Shown one piece after another: positions 49,806 through 63,750 of a stretch of DNA of 64,000 nt (positions are counted from its first letter, which is position 1; every line of letters starts with the position of its first letter). The translations under genes were made by a program, and so were the position numbers. The notes beneath the pieces are model-generated. The model searched no databases, was not told the DNA's origin, and saw only the letters and a list, made by a program, of their open reading frames with translations. Source of the DNA: Azolla caroliniana. Its lineage: Eukaryota; Plantae; Polypodiophyta. Location: positions 17,050,001 through 17,114,000 of the forward strand of contig JBHGNT010000011.1 of assembly GCA_043228905.1 (NCBI GenBank), written 5' to 3'.

Positions 49806-50670
49806 GGGTGCAACTGGTTTATCAAGAGATCGAAATCAAGATGAAGGATGAGCTTTCCGATTCCAAGCTTGCTAGGATCTTCATTTCATGATGAAGCTAA
49901 GAGGATAGTTAATATAAAGGCTAAGGATGTCAAAAGTATTGGATTTTCATAGCCTTGGTATATGGCGACAAGTCACGCTCAAAAGAGGCTGGCAATCCCA
50001 ACTTCCATTAATCAAAGGTATTAACATGGCAAATATCGTTTGTGGTTTAATTCTTGGAGATTCTTTGATTGAATATGTTTTCTTTTGTGGAATTGTGGTA
50101 GAACATAGTTGGCACTGATTTTTATATTTTGAAGTTTATAAATGTGGTGTGGTTTTCTTTCAACGTTTTCTAAAAAAACCTTTCCAATGGGTCATTTCGC
50201 AAGTGAGTGTAAGCGTATTAATATCTCACTTTCAATTTGTACTTGATTATTTGATGTTTTAAGGGTTTGTGTATGAGGAATGAGTGTGTGTTTGCAAGAC
50301 AATTTGGATTCTATAAGTACACTTGAAAGTTGAAAGGATTGTTGCTTTGGCAATTTTATTTGTTGTTAGAAGTTAGTTATGTGGGATGAAGAGGAATTAT
50401 GATTGTGTAACTTGGTTGGCCACCATATTCCTCATTTGTAATCACCCATTGGCTACATACTTTGTTGTGTGATCTTGGCAAGTCATAAAATTTGGTGCTC
50501 CATTTGTATGGTAGTTTAGTCTTTACAAAACAGAAGTGATATATATATATATATATTGGAGCAAGTTGAAATTCTTTCATCCGTGGAGTGTTTGTCTTGC
50601 TTATTGGTCACCATAGTCCATTATGGTACCATTGTAGTGTTCGCACCGGAGAGAGAGAGAGAGAGAGAGA

Positions 50671-53035
50671 ATTTCCTTGATGGGGGGAATGTACAAGATT
50701 TTTGCAAAAGTGATGGCCAATAGGTTGCATAAGGTTTTACCTTCTATTATTCATAAGGCTCAATATGGGTTTTTAGCAAAAAGAGACATTTTACATAATA
50801 TTTTAAATGTTCAAATGGCAATTGACTATGCAAAGGAGTCTAAACAAGAATTAGTGTTGCTACAATTGGATATCGAGAAAGTCTATGATAATGTGGATTG
50901 GTCATTTATAAATCAATTGATGTCTCATATGGGTTTTGGTGATCGTATGTCTAAGTTGATATACACATTAGGGGAGGGTTCGGTTTCACATGTGATGTTT
51001 AACGGAGGAGTAACCCAACCGATTTCTATTCGGAGGTTAGTTAGACAAGGATGCCCGGTAGGTCCTTTACTATTCACTATTGTGACACATCCTATTCTTG
51101 TTAAGTTACACAATATGGCTATGGGGGAAGAATTGCTTGGACTAAGGTTGCCATCAGGGAAGCCATGTATTATTCAAGCTCTCACAGATGACCATATTAT
51201 GTTTTTAGCACCTAATCAGGAAAATATTAGTAAGACAAGAGATGTGTGGGAATTGTTTTCAAATGCTTCAGGGTTGAGAATTAATATACATAAATCTGTC
51301 CTCATTTCATGTATAGAACAAGATGTGTTAGGGTTGGGGTGGTCAGGAAGGATAGTACATCGTGGTATGATTTGTCATCATCTTGGATATCCAATTGGGG
51401 TGGAAGTTTCTCATGTGAAACTTATTGAGTGGGTATCCAAAAGGTTGGAGGATAAGTTTATGTATTGGAGGTCTCAATTTTGGCCTTTTCATGTACGACT
51501 TAAGGTGGTCCAATCGATTATGGTCTCTATGGTATCTTATTATCTTCCTTTGCTCCCATGGTCAAAGAAAGCTCTTGAAATGTTGTCACTCTCGATGCGA
51601 ATATTGTTATGGAAAAGAGAAGGGAAAAGTGCCTTGTCATGGTTGGCATGGGATCATGTTTGTACTCCGAAGCGTCTTGGTGGGGCATCAATATTGAATC
51701 TATATGAGCATATGGTGGCTCGTCGATTTACTTTCATTCGATTCATGTTTGAAGGTGTACAACCTTGGACAGAAATGGTGGCATACTTTATAGAGAAGAA
51801 CGGAATAAAGCTTGGAAACATGAAGGTTGAAGCGAATTGGTGGAATGTAATTAATTCTGACAGGGATGTCAAATGTACAGGGTCTATGATAGTTAATCAT
51901 TTGTTGACATCTTGGCAAAGTATGTTGGATTTTGTGGAATGGCATTCCCCACAAGAAAGGCGATGTGCCAATTCATTACAAATGGAGGTTTTGGCAACAT
52001 CAAGGTTGTTGAGGTGGGAAGGTAAACAAATTCTTAACCTTCAATTTAATCGAATGACTAGATTGGGTTTAGTAAGAGTTAAGGATGCTATATTGGTTTC
52101 ACAAAGAAGATTAATGGCTTTTCGAACAATAAGATCAACATTTCGTATTCCAAAAGGTTATAACTTTATTTGGGATAAGTTGCAACAAATACTATCTTCG
52201 CATGAGCCAATTCCTGATTTAGATGGGTGATCTCAAGAGCTTGATTGGAGGTTTGTTGGAAATAAGAGATTGACTATGATCTCAACGAATGTTGCTTATC
52301 ACAAGTTGATTGACAAACATAAGTGGTTGGAAGAAAGGGTTATAAAGATATGGGGTTTTCATAAGCCCATTACTTGGTGGTTTCATGTGATCAAGGCAGG
52401 TTGGTGTTCTCGATTGATGCTACGAGCCAAGGTATTTATTTGGAGAGTTATGGTTGGAGCTTTACCATTAGGGGATGCATTAAAAAGAATAAGCATTACT
52501 AAAGGATTGTGTTTCTTTTGTTCGGTGGAATTGGAACATAGTAGGCATCGATTTATTTCATGCCCGATGGCAAGGATGGTTTGGAGGTGTATTAGTTTAG
52601 TGTGGATGTCTCTAACAGGAGTAAGTCTATCTTCCTTCAGTTGGGTTTTTGCACATATGGAGAACAATGAACCGATGCCTCATTTTCAAATTATTTTTGA
52701 GTTCTTGAGTTATTGGGGGTTATGGTTCAATTGGAATATGCAGAATGTCTTCATTTTTTATTCGCAAGTTGGGGTGAGAAAATATGTTCTAAAGTTAAAA
52801 GGACTTCTTTTGTGGCAATTGACAGTGCTAGAGAAGTCACAAAATCTCAACCACGAAGAGAGAGAACTCTGCAAGGTCACATATCATCATATTCGCCATT
52901 TGAATTGGTGTGTAGGGTGGCATTGAGTTTGGTGTCGTAGTTTTCTTTAGATCCCTAGATAAAAGGGATTTTATAGTTTGTTGTAAGTTAGTCATGGTGG
53001 TGTTTTTTCTTTCGTAATGAAAGCCATTATTTACG
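50671..53035 (+). mobile_element. 5'-truncated L1-like LINE (RT and zinc finger) flanked by (GA)n
   Basis: ORFs 50677-52230 and 52270-52926 are in the same frame, separated by a TGA. RT motifs: QYGF, LDIEKVYDNVDW, VRQGCP, ALTDD, SGLRINIHKS, HLGYP. CFFC..E...HRFISC finger. Confidence 0.92.
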
Positions 53036-54173
53036 AAAGAGAGAGAGAGAGAGAGATGTACCAAAGACAAAATATGTATATTAACAAAGGGGGGGAATCA
53101 TGTACGAAAGACAAAATTGATAATGGAATCATTGAATGCCTATTGATCTAAGTAACATAAGAAAGGCAAGTGGCCACCTCACTACCATCTCACTATCTGT
53201 CATATTGCAAGGGATTGCATTCTATAGTCTTATGTATGTCTCTAACTACTTATGACAATAAGACAATAGTAGTTATTCCTTATCACATAGAATAGTTCAT
53301 ATGAATAGAAGGAAGTGGACTTTAACACATGTGGGTGCACTCACCACAAGTGTGTTCATATGAACACATATTGAGTTTGATTGTCAACATAATTTAAATT
53401 TTAGACCAAGGTTTCTCCATAGGACATCATGAAAACCCAAAACACTTGTTCCTATTTTGTTTTTGCTTTCAAGTTATATTGCAATAGCGCAACTTGAAAA
53501 CCATTAATAAGACTTATTGTTATGTCACGATGTCTACAAGTAGTGTTTTAGAATTCATGATCATTCACATTTTGGTTCATGGTGACACGTGCTATGAATT
53601 TATTAATTGGGTTAATACCCTATTTTATGAAATGTGTTTTTAAAGATTTAAAAACTCCATTTTTTTATGTCAAACTATATGCTAAACTTTGAGAAATGGT
53701 TAAAGTAGCCTTGTTTCCAAAACAACCAAAAGGAAGGGAATACAAGCTTTTTCCCATACACCTTGTGGGACTAGATGGCCACTTTTCTAATAGATAAGTA
53801 TCATGGGCATTTACTCTATGTTATCAGTATTGATGCTACAAGAGGTTTATTTCCTATTTTTGCTTTTGTTGTCATTAATGATGAGAATGTAAGGGGTTGG
53901 CATGGGGAAGCATTGGAGAAGGTTCAATAAAGAGTATAGAATGTTGGAGGTGGTTTATGTCACTACGACTACAAGATCAAGCTAACATACTCCATAGAAT
54001 AAGGGGCAAATGGACAATGAGATCTAAAATCGTAAATGCTCTATTGCTTGGGGAAGCTGCTATATTCGATGGGTTTTTGGGCGGTCCCACAGAGCATGTT
54101 GGATTGATTCTTAAATACACAAATACACAAAATCTAGAGTTTGTTCTTAGATAGACAATTGGGGGGTGAAATC

Positions 54174-54519
54174 TAACAATCGGTAACGGTTCAGCTGAAC
54201 CGTGAAACTAGGGCTTAATGGTTTAAACGGTTCGATCGGTTTTAATGGTTTAATGGTTTATTTTGAAATTTTTTTAAATAATCGTTTCATTTTCAAGCCT
54301 TATTCTCACATTTTAGGAAAATCTTTAAAATTTTGAAAAGTTAAAATTTAAAATAATGAAAATTTAAAATTTTAAAAATTTTGATGTAAGTTGAAAACTG
54401 AAACCAAACCACAGAACCGTGGTTTGAACGGTTCGGATTAATGGATTCATGGTTTGGTTTAAGTTTCGAAAATTTTAAACAGTTCGGTTTTGACACCCTC
54501 GAACTGTTGCCGATTGTTA
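54174..54519. mobile_element. MITE with ~18-bp TIRs and TA flanks
   Basis: The left end taacaatcggtaacggttc and the right end gaactgttgccgattgtta are reverse complements with 2 mismatches. AT-rich interior. Confidence 0.7.
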
Positions 54520-55597
54520 TGTGTGCCTCTCAAGTGCCATCACAAGATCTTCATCATCTTTAGAAATCAAAAGTGGGTTATTTTGATGAATAGCGAAGTA
54601 AAGTGAGGCATTCAAATAATTTAGCCAATATTTAAAGTGAAAGATTGAGTGTATGTTTTCAAAAGAGTGTGAAGATAATATAAACATTGCAATAGGCTTC
54701 TTTTGGGAGGTGTACTAACCGATAAACAAGCAATAGACATGCGTGCACATGGAAGCTTAAACTAATGCATCCCGATAAAAACATATTGGAGGAAACATAT
54801 CGATCATCTCATTATGTTTAGGATTTGTACTTAACTAATCCATCATGGACACCATACAACTCTATGTGTCACGACACACTTTCTACGAGTAGTACTCGTA
54901 ATTCATGGGTCTTCGTGCACACTATTGAATGGGATCAATGTCCAAGAATGAAGAATGAATTCATCGAATATTTGAATCCATCCTTTTCAAGTTCGAAAAG
55001 AATTTGAAAGTTATGCATAGAGTGTGTTTTTGCACGGACTAAAATACCTTTGAAAGGATTTTCAATTTGATAAGGTGTGAGTTCCTATCAAATTGCACAT
55101 GAGGTTGTCTGAAAACGAAAATAGTGTGAAGTGATCTATATACATATGTATAGTATATTTTTCCAATGTAAACTTATGACTTTCTTGATTTTTTTTTCCC
55201 AAAAACGATTTTCTTGAACAATCACATATGGAAACATTGAAACGATTGTGTATTTATATTGCAAGTCTCGTCTAGTGTAGGGCATACAATATTTTATTAC
55301 AGCATTGTCTTTCAAGAACACTTACCAAGACTTGTGTTATCACACCTACCAACACAAAACTATAATAAATTTGTTCATGGAGCCCTTGTAACTTGCAAGT
55401 CTTTTTAGTGAAAATCCTTTTCGAAGTTCAACATAGAGATGAGATAAACGATTTGTGTTGTGTCTTCCTACCAATATACTTAAATTTAAAAGTAGGTTTT
55501 CTTAACTTGGAAGGGAATAGGGGCATGCATAAATTAAAGACATGATCATAGATATTGTGCATATGTCTACGAGGGGCACTCATAAGACTTTCTAGAA

Positions 55598-55833
55598 TCG
55601 CTTGCACGTATGAAAGTGCTTTAGTTAGGTCCGTCATTCCAAAAATACTCCTACTTGATTTTGACAGTGACAAGCATAGAATTAAGGTTTCCGAAATAAT
55701 TATTGAACATGAGTCACGACCATTCGCTTGCATGTATAAAAGTGCTTTAGTTAGATCCGTCATTCCAAAAATATTCCTACTTAATTTCAACACTGACAAG
55801 CATAGAATTAAGGTTTCCGAAATAATTATTGAA
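55598..55833. repeat. Tandem duplication of ~110 bp (126-bp period) downstream of the reductase gene
   Basis: tcgcttgca.gtat.aaagtgctttagttag.tccgtcattccaaaaata...gacaagcatagaattaaggtttccgaaataattattgaa occurs twice. Confidence 0.9.
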
Positions 55834-55942
55834 GATAAGATAAACACTTTGCATCAATTAAGCTAGCTACATCATTGACCTTCTCGAAAACCGTCTAATA
55901 TATCTAGGGAGACGTAGGGTCATGGGGCGTTCTTATCATAAG

Positions 55943-57664
55943 CTAGACATATTTATCTAGGTATTCGCTAGCCGTGGTGTACTTCACGTCGGGGTAAAGG
56001 CTCGAGGCTTCCACGCCATTCTCCCCGATCTCGAAGTTGTACTGATCCCCTCTCACAAAGATGTTGTGCACGGTTGCCAACACAATGTTCTTGGGAATGG
56101 GCGAAGCTGTCGAAAGAAAACGGCACTAGGTTTTAGTCATTGTGTCAATGAAACTAACACATACATCACATGGTAGTAGAAGAAAGATCCACTTAAAAAG
56201 GCAAAGAAATGTTGCTTACTCTTGATAAGCACAACCATGTCCTCCTCCGACACATATTCTCTTTCCAACTTGGCTCCGATCTTGCTCTCCCACAAGCTCA
56301 CGACCTCGTTCACCGACAAAATGTTACCCGGAGGCCTCAAGTACACGATTTTGTTGAGGGTCCTCGGGTCATCGATTGTCTTGATGGTGAACAAGCCAAT
56401 GTCCTCTTCCTTGAGGAAAATAGCTATAAGAGTAAAAATCAAGATTTACAAAAAAGAAGAGTTTTGAGTTAGTGTAAGATGTTGTAATGAATGTGTGTAA
56501 AACATAGGCATGGTCCATGGATATTGAGAACCTCACCTTTGGCATCACCAGAGCCATAGATTGTAACCTTGTCCCTTGGGGGAGATGGCTTCCCGAACTG
56601 CACAAGGTTGCTAAGGGAATACCCGGCAAACGCATTGCTAGAGATGTAGGTGTACGGGATCCCAGCCTCCTCGATCTTCCTACGGATCGTTACCTTCTTG
56701 CCATACATGGTGTTCACGGGCTCGAGTGCCTTGGCGTGGTCGACATCATTGCCGAACTCCGATGGAAGAAACCTCTAATAATATCGCAAAAACCCCCGAG
56801 AAAGTGTTAGAATTGAGATTAATGCCTAATATTTTAATTTTTGCTAAATTGCCCTAATATGTCAATGCATTGTCTATACTAGGATGTTTGGATGACATTT
56901 GTGAGAGGAGTGGAGAGTGTGTACCAACACATTCCCTGCTTCTTTAATAGCAGCTATGATCTTCTCTTGCTCGGGGATGGCAGGCCCACCGACGGTCGAG
57001 ATGACGACATCAACCTCCTTGATGGCAGCCACAAGGCCTGCATGATCATCCAAGGATCCCTGCAAAAAAGAAAAAAGACATGAAAACATTTAGGTCTGAA
57101 CCTTCTATGCACTATGATATCGGGTTTTAACTAGATTTTGTCTTCGAATTTACGACCGGAGGCCGGGTTGTATCACGACAAATCATGTCATAACATCCTG
57201 AGCTTCTTCTAGTCACATAATTAGAAGGGGGGGGGGGGGGGGGGGGGGGGGAAGCATTGCTAGTGTAACAAACTACAATGGAGAAAGCTCAAGGCTTTTG
57301 GACTAAGCAAGAGAGAATTATATGCTCCTAAAACCCTCATGAAAATCAAATCTTGGAAATTTAGCAAAACACGCACACGATGGGACCGCGAAATACAAAA
57401 TGTTGGACAACAAAATCTCCTAGAGGATTAGGAGAGTGGTTATGTTATTATGTTCATGGGTATTTTTTTCAAGTGTGTGTTATATACCTCGACCAATGTG
57501 ATGCCGAGGTCCTTGAAAGAAGACACGAGTTCGGCCTTGGTAGTGAGAGTGGAGGGCCTAATGAGGATAGAGGTGGGGTGGCCCTCGGCAATGCTGGCAC
57601 GAGCCACGTGTTTACCGATGTATCCGGTCGCACCGATGATGAGGACGCGGCTCTTCACACCCAT
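55943..57664 (-). CDS. Isoflavone-reductase-like / phenylcoumaran benzylic ether reductase-like (PIP family, NmrA fold)
   Basis: Exons 57664-57488, 57059-56925, 56774-56537, 56423-56220 and 56106-55943. Motifs: GATGYIG NADPH-binding, VDVVISTVG, RFLPSEFGNDVD, catalytic Lys (KKVTIRR), DDPRTLNKIVYLRPP, EASSLYPDVKYT. Confidence 0.95.
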
Positions 57665-60162
57665 ATCGCTAATTACGGGACGAAGAAGGAAGGGAGGAGG
57701 AGAAGGAGAAGGAGGGAGGAGAAAGAGAAGAAGAAGAAGAAGAGGAAGAGGATAAAGGCAAAGTTTTAGGAGGTGAGGGTGGTGGTGTGGAGGAGCTATT
57801 AGGGACAGCTTCTTGTCTGCACTTTGAGTCTAAAATGTCAGCTTGTGTTGTGTGTATTTTCAGTTGGGTTGTGTTGCAAGGCAAATGTGTGTGTGTGTGT
57901 TTGGTTGGTAACATGGCCTTTGCTTTGTATTGTTTATATAGGAGGGAAAGGTGGGCACTAAACAATGAAGAAGCATGGAGGAGAGAGTGTGTGTGTGTGT
58001 GTGTGTGTGCATGGCACGAGAATGAAGAGAGCTCAACCCTCGTGAGCCTAGAACTTGCTCTTCCTCGTTCGATTCAATAAATACAACACCACCACCTTCT
58101 ATATCTCTCTTATATCTCTCTTCTTGTAAAGATACCAAACCCCCCCTCTCAAATCTACTCTCTCTCTCTCTCTCTAGATACCAAGCCCCCTCTCAAATCT
58201 GTACTCTCTTTGTCTCTCGTGTACATATACATACATATTGTGTAAAGGAAATTCCTTTTTCAGTCTTGTCTTATGAAGTTTCGCCACGCCATGGCTTCCC
58301 TTTTCGATACCCTACTCTTGTTGTTCAGGTGAACACAACATACATATAATATATAGATCTCACCGCCTTCGTAAGTAGATGTTTATATATGACCCAACAT
58401 CAATTAACTTGTATTTGTACCTGTCCACATGATTTTTTAGACCATCCCTTGTCTATACACACTATGAATGTAACACCACAAACATCAATTCTGCCCCACC
58501 TTGTATCTTTTGCACAACACCCCCAACCCCACCCTATGGTATTTTACCCCTCCCTACACTTCTACCCCCCGGAACCTTGTCCTTGATATATATTTTCCTT
58601 TCTAATAAGCCATACACCATTGTAAATTTGTTTACCTTTGGGCAAGCCAAGTTTTTATTAGCCCGTGCATCGAGGAGGTTCCGTTTCAAATATCATTAAG
58701 TGAATGTAGTCATTTTACTTGATTATGTGAATGAATGTAGCTCAGTAATTTCACTCATTTACTAGGTGATGCTATATTTATGGCACTGGCTAACCTTTAA
58801 TTTTTACAATATGTTGTGGAGCTTTTGGAATCTCTACCTTGGGAAACTCCATATTTTCATCACCCATGCCTCACATATATTTTTTTATCGAGCCCTAAAT
58901 CCTACAATATTTGCAATCTTTACCTTGAAGTAAACACGTTTTTATCCATCAATGCACTAAACAATATCAGAGATCTTTTTTGTGTTCGAATTGTATCATA
59001 ATCGTAAGGTTAGACAATTGTCTTTAAAAATGAGGATTATCACCTACTGGTAAACCCTATTTTACTATCAACATGTTCACCAAATAGTAAGCCCTCGTTT
59101 TACAAATCAAGCACCATAGTTCCATTCTTGTTTTTGCCATTAGGATTGTATCATATTGCTAAGCCCTATTTTTTCATCAATCCATTCTATGGTATTACAA
59201 ACCTCACCAATCACACTCATTTACTAGATGACAATAAGCAATTAAGTTATCCCTTTATAATATTAATTGCAATAATTTTTTGCACGACACATTGCAAAGT
59301 GTTGAGTTATCCATCTTTATTATTAATTGCAATAACTTCTTGCATGACACATAGTAGAATGTAAGAGTTTAAAGTAATATATAACTCATGTGGTGTTATC
59401 AAACATATGTTCTCATTCTCTCCCTCTCATAATTACCTTATCCTAGTATTAAGCTCAAGGCCTTGAGTTCAAGGCTCAACTTTAACACCTCCTTATTGCA
59501 CCATGCATATTTTGCCCATCTTCCATCACCTACAGTGGAAGATGGGAAGACATGACAGCTAACTCAGATTCTTCAGATTCTTTCCTATGAGCACACTAAA
59601 CATGTTGAGCTCATTTGATTCCATCATTATCCACACATACAAAAGCATATAACATTGCATCTCATTCGACCCTTCAACATCTCATATCAAAACAGGTTTC
59701 CAACATGAGCATCCTTCCAGAGATAATTAAGCATCTATGTCATGATATGCCATAATTCAACGCATAACTATCAACATTACTCTTGAGAGCATAAAAATCA
59801 CATAAAAGCAACAACTTTTCAGAGCATCTAGAAAACAAAATCCTGGGTCCCGTCTACCAAAGGAAGAAAATCTTCTTTCTAATATTTCTGATACAGCCAC
59901 TAGAACTTCCACATCCTTACCCATTAAACCCAACTAGAAATGGAAAACAGACGCTATACATTTGAACCTACGTCAAGTTTAAAAGTAGCAGACTAGGAGC
60001 TGCAAATGGAAACTCTGCATATGGACTTTCATGTAACGGACAAGAAGCTGTAGCTTCTTTATGCACTAAAAATCCAGATTGGAAGAGTCTTACGTTTACA
60101 TTAATGCATAAGAAGCTTTTGTACATCATGGGAAGTTCAATGGAGCAAAAATTGCAACCATT

Positions 60163-63100
60163 TTACTGCCCCTTGTATACTTGCAAGGTAGTTACACTAA
60201 TACAACCAAGGAACGAGCGTGCATCAATATTCAAGCTCTTTATATCCAATATAGGAGATCCATGACTCCTCAGATTACCAACTACATTGAGAGTATTTAC
60301 ATCCCATAGAAGAACTGAATGTGTCTCATTGTCCCCAAACGCAAACATATTTTGGGTAAGAGATGAGTTCATTCTCGTTCTACGGACAATGGCAGATCTG
60401 TGAATGCCAATCGGACTTACATGGCCAAACATTGGGGTTCCATATTTCCACTCATTATTCGCATTAGGCACTTCTTCTTCTTGCATCTCAACACTGCTAT
60501 TTACATTTCTTGTCAAAGGAACATGAGCAGCACGAGTATGTGATCCTAAATTCACTTGTGAGCTGACCTGCGAAGATAATCCACTGGATCCAATTACATT
60601 GGATATTGTTATGCACGGCTTTGGTCTGAAACTGGAAACAGCTATATTTGCAAAATGATCATATGCAAGAGCAATACAAACTCCTTCATTGTCAACATAA
60701 GGTACTGGACGGGGCCTGCAATAAGGTCAAATCTCCAGATTTAGATGACATTCATATGAAATTATACAATAAATATTAGGATACCTGCAGTCTTCAACAG
60801 CTGATGTTGTCATCTCCCAAAAATAGACACCACTAGAGGAAGCACTCAAAATTCCATTCTTCCTGAGGCTATCCGAAAGGTTAGACTCATTTATGGGTTG
60901 TAGAGTATGGACTGGTTGTCGAGAAAAACCGTGTATAGATCGCAAAGGATGTGAAGTTTGCCTGAGGTCAAATGCAATCAAACTGCCATCCTGTGCACAC
61001 AAAATATAGTGTCCATGTAATAAAATTGAGATCCACCATGGGTGGATATAGATCAAGAAAAGATTTATGGAAGAGAGAATATCATCATGACATCTAACCT
61101 GACATCCAGCGAAGACCTGATTGGGTTCATTTGGATCCCATGCACAAGACCAGCATGGGCTCTAACAGATTAACACAAAACAAGCATCAAGTTTTTCTGG
61201 CCAAAAGAAAATAACAGCGAAAAAGGATATTCACAAATGCATGAGTATGAATACCTGTACAGTATATGTAAGAACAATGTTATTGCTCTCCAAACTGTCA
61301 TATTGACAAATGAAAAAGTGTAAGCACACACATGGTTCTAAAGCAAAATTGTAGATCATGTAGAGTTGAAAATATTTCTGACTAACCTAAGAAGAGACAG
61401 ACGTTTTCCCAATGAGGCTACCAATGCCAGCCTCCCAGGAAGTCTTCCACCAGGTGGAGCAATACGAACATCCATTACTGTCCCCGTTCCTTCAGGTAAT
61501 GGCATGATCATGTTATCAGACAGTGATAGTAAGCTTATCTGATACAAGAGAGAAAACGGGATAAGCTTACATGTTTAATGTACTTTGGTTAATCTTGATT
61601 CTAAAAATAAAAAACAATTCTTCCTCAAATTGTTCTATCATTGTAATTGCAATTTACAATAGTTCATTTATACTATTTGACACAAAGTCAATAATAACCT
61701 ACAAGGGAGTATATGATACAGTTCAATTATATGAAACCATCATAGTGAGAGATTTTAGGATACCTTATTCAAGCAGAAAAGTCCATTTGAAACTTTTTGG
61801 GCCACTAATATCATCTTAGACAATGCATCCATGTCAAAGACTCTAGCCCCCGGCAAAGAGAACTCCTCCTGAAAACTAAGTCAATATCAACTTTAAGCAT
61901 ACAAAATTAAGTGCCATGTGAACTATCAGTTGGTGTATGGAATTTACACTTTTCTACAGCTACTGATCTCAACCTATTTCAGTGATTATGTAATATATAT
62001 ATACATATGCTAGTGACCCCTATTGTTAAGGGAATGACTATGTTGTTTATGTTTCTTCTTCACAAAATACCACACTGCTGCTTACTATGCAAGTTGACAC
62101 TCTTAACATTGTAGAATTATCCATGGAGTAAGTTCTTTCCTGCCTGTATATTGCAGCAAGATCTACCGGTACAGGGATAATTGAATTACAAAGAGAATAA
62201 TCAGCTATTATCAATCTGCAATGTTTGGAAAGAATTCATAGCTGATTATTCTCTTTGTAATTCAATGATCCCTATTATCAATCTGCAATGTTTGAAAAAA
62301 CTTCACAGCTAATTATTCTCTTTGTAATTCAATGACCTCTGTAACGCAATCTGCAAGCATAGATATGCTATTGCATCTTTCAAGGATCTCAAGGTATTCA
62401 TCATGTATAGTCCATTCCTATTAGGAGTAATTATTCATGTATGCAACACTGCACGTTAAGTTGCATCAATTTTTATGACAATGAGATATTAATTCTAAAT
62501 GGTTACATCCCCATGATACAAACTCTCCTGGCTCACCATATACGTCACCCAAAATATATTGGTATTATACTACCTTCATCCTGTATGGATGGACGAGATT
62601 CAATTAATAGTCTCTCATGCTAACTATAGGTTGTGTTGCTTCTCAAACCTTGTTCGGGCTTGTTGGTAGCTTCCAATCAATTCTTCTAACTTTTTCATTC
62701 AGTTGTTTCACAGCTCACTTTTACAAAAATGTTTCTTCCCTTCGGGTTGGGGACATTTAAGATGTCTTAATTTTGAAAAGTGCTATTTCGGCAAAGCATA
62801 GAGCTAGGATAAGATTAGATATATATCCAAAAATGGGAAGCAAAAAGAAAGGAGAAAAAAAAGACAGAGAAATCAATACGATCAGGATAATCTTTTGGGA
62901 AGAAATTGAAGACACCTTTCAGGGGACATGAGACAATCCAACTCATCAAGACAAGTTATCACTAACTTTCCAATAGCTACAGCTCTACCCAGATCTCAAG
63001 GCCTCAATATGTTCACAGTATGTCTGTGTTCTACAACAATAATGTAAATGGTACTAGAGTTTTTTCATTAATGTTGAGGAAACATCAAAAAATAAACCTG

Positions 63101-63750
63101 AGGTGTAATGGCTCACCCAAGATCTCCTAGGAAAAGCTAATACGTTGTACACCCACATTAATCTTCAGAGAATACAATTCAAACCCAAATTTCCAAAGAA
63201 TGATAAACTCACCTGTAGTTCAAAACAATGACCTTGTCGTGAAGTACTTAATCCTCATACGTTGTACACCCACATTAATCCTCAGAAAATACAATTCAAA
63301 CCCAAATTTCCAAAGAATGATAAACTCACCTGTAGTTCAAAACAATGACCTTGTCGTGAAGTACTTCTGTCAGTCTCACAAATGTACCCTTTCTGATGAG
63401 ACAATGCTGCTTCCATTGTTTGTTGTCTTTTATAGCCAATTTTATCAAAAGCTCCTCTATTGGATTGATAACCACTATACTTATTTCTTTGACCTGGCAT
63501 AGACAAGTCGATCGTGTTCCATCCTGTAACACCCAAAAATAATGAAAATACAATCCAAATGAACAAGGAGTAGATACCATGAAAAACAAAAATAAGAAGA
63601 CTGAATTTCTTATTTATGCCACTAGCTTGCTTTGAGTTCTAGGTAAAAGTAGGAAAATAATACCAGATTCCCTGACAGCATTGTAGGTATGTCTTTCCCT
63701 GTTAGTGAATCTAACAGGCTCATTTTGAGCTTCCCGACTCGCTAACAATC
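60163..63750 (-). CDS. RFWD3: RFWD3-like E3 ubiquitin ligase, WD40-containing 3' part; RING and 5' exons lie beyond the window
   Basis: Exons ~63750-63663, ~63523-63330, 61868-61764, 61538-61387, 61294-61255, 61161-61099, 60990-60785 and 60715-60163. GARVFDMDA, ASLGKRLSLLSLESNNIVLTY and PCWSCAWDPNEPNQVFAGCQDGSLIAFDLRQT parallel the RFWD3 WD40 motifs. The RING domain is not visible here. Confidence 0.75.
62173..62335. repeat. Intronic 36-bp inverted repeat with a duplicated loop and right arm
   Basis: 62173-62208 pairs with 62238-62273 (35/36). 62206-62268 is repeated at 62273-62335. Confidence 0.9.
63140..63366. repeat. 117-bp-period tandem duplication spanning an exon end and 5' splice site
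   Basis: 63140-63249 and 63257-63366 are near-identical. Both contain actcacctgtag (minus strand CTACAG|GTGAGT). Confidence 0.95.

Noticed and set aside
60716-61763. U12-type introns in the RFWD3-like gene (two GTATCC donors)
   Set aside because: Both read GTATCCTA rather than GTATCCTT, and no clear TCCTTAAC branch site is present.
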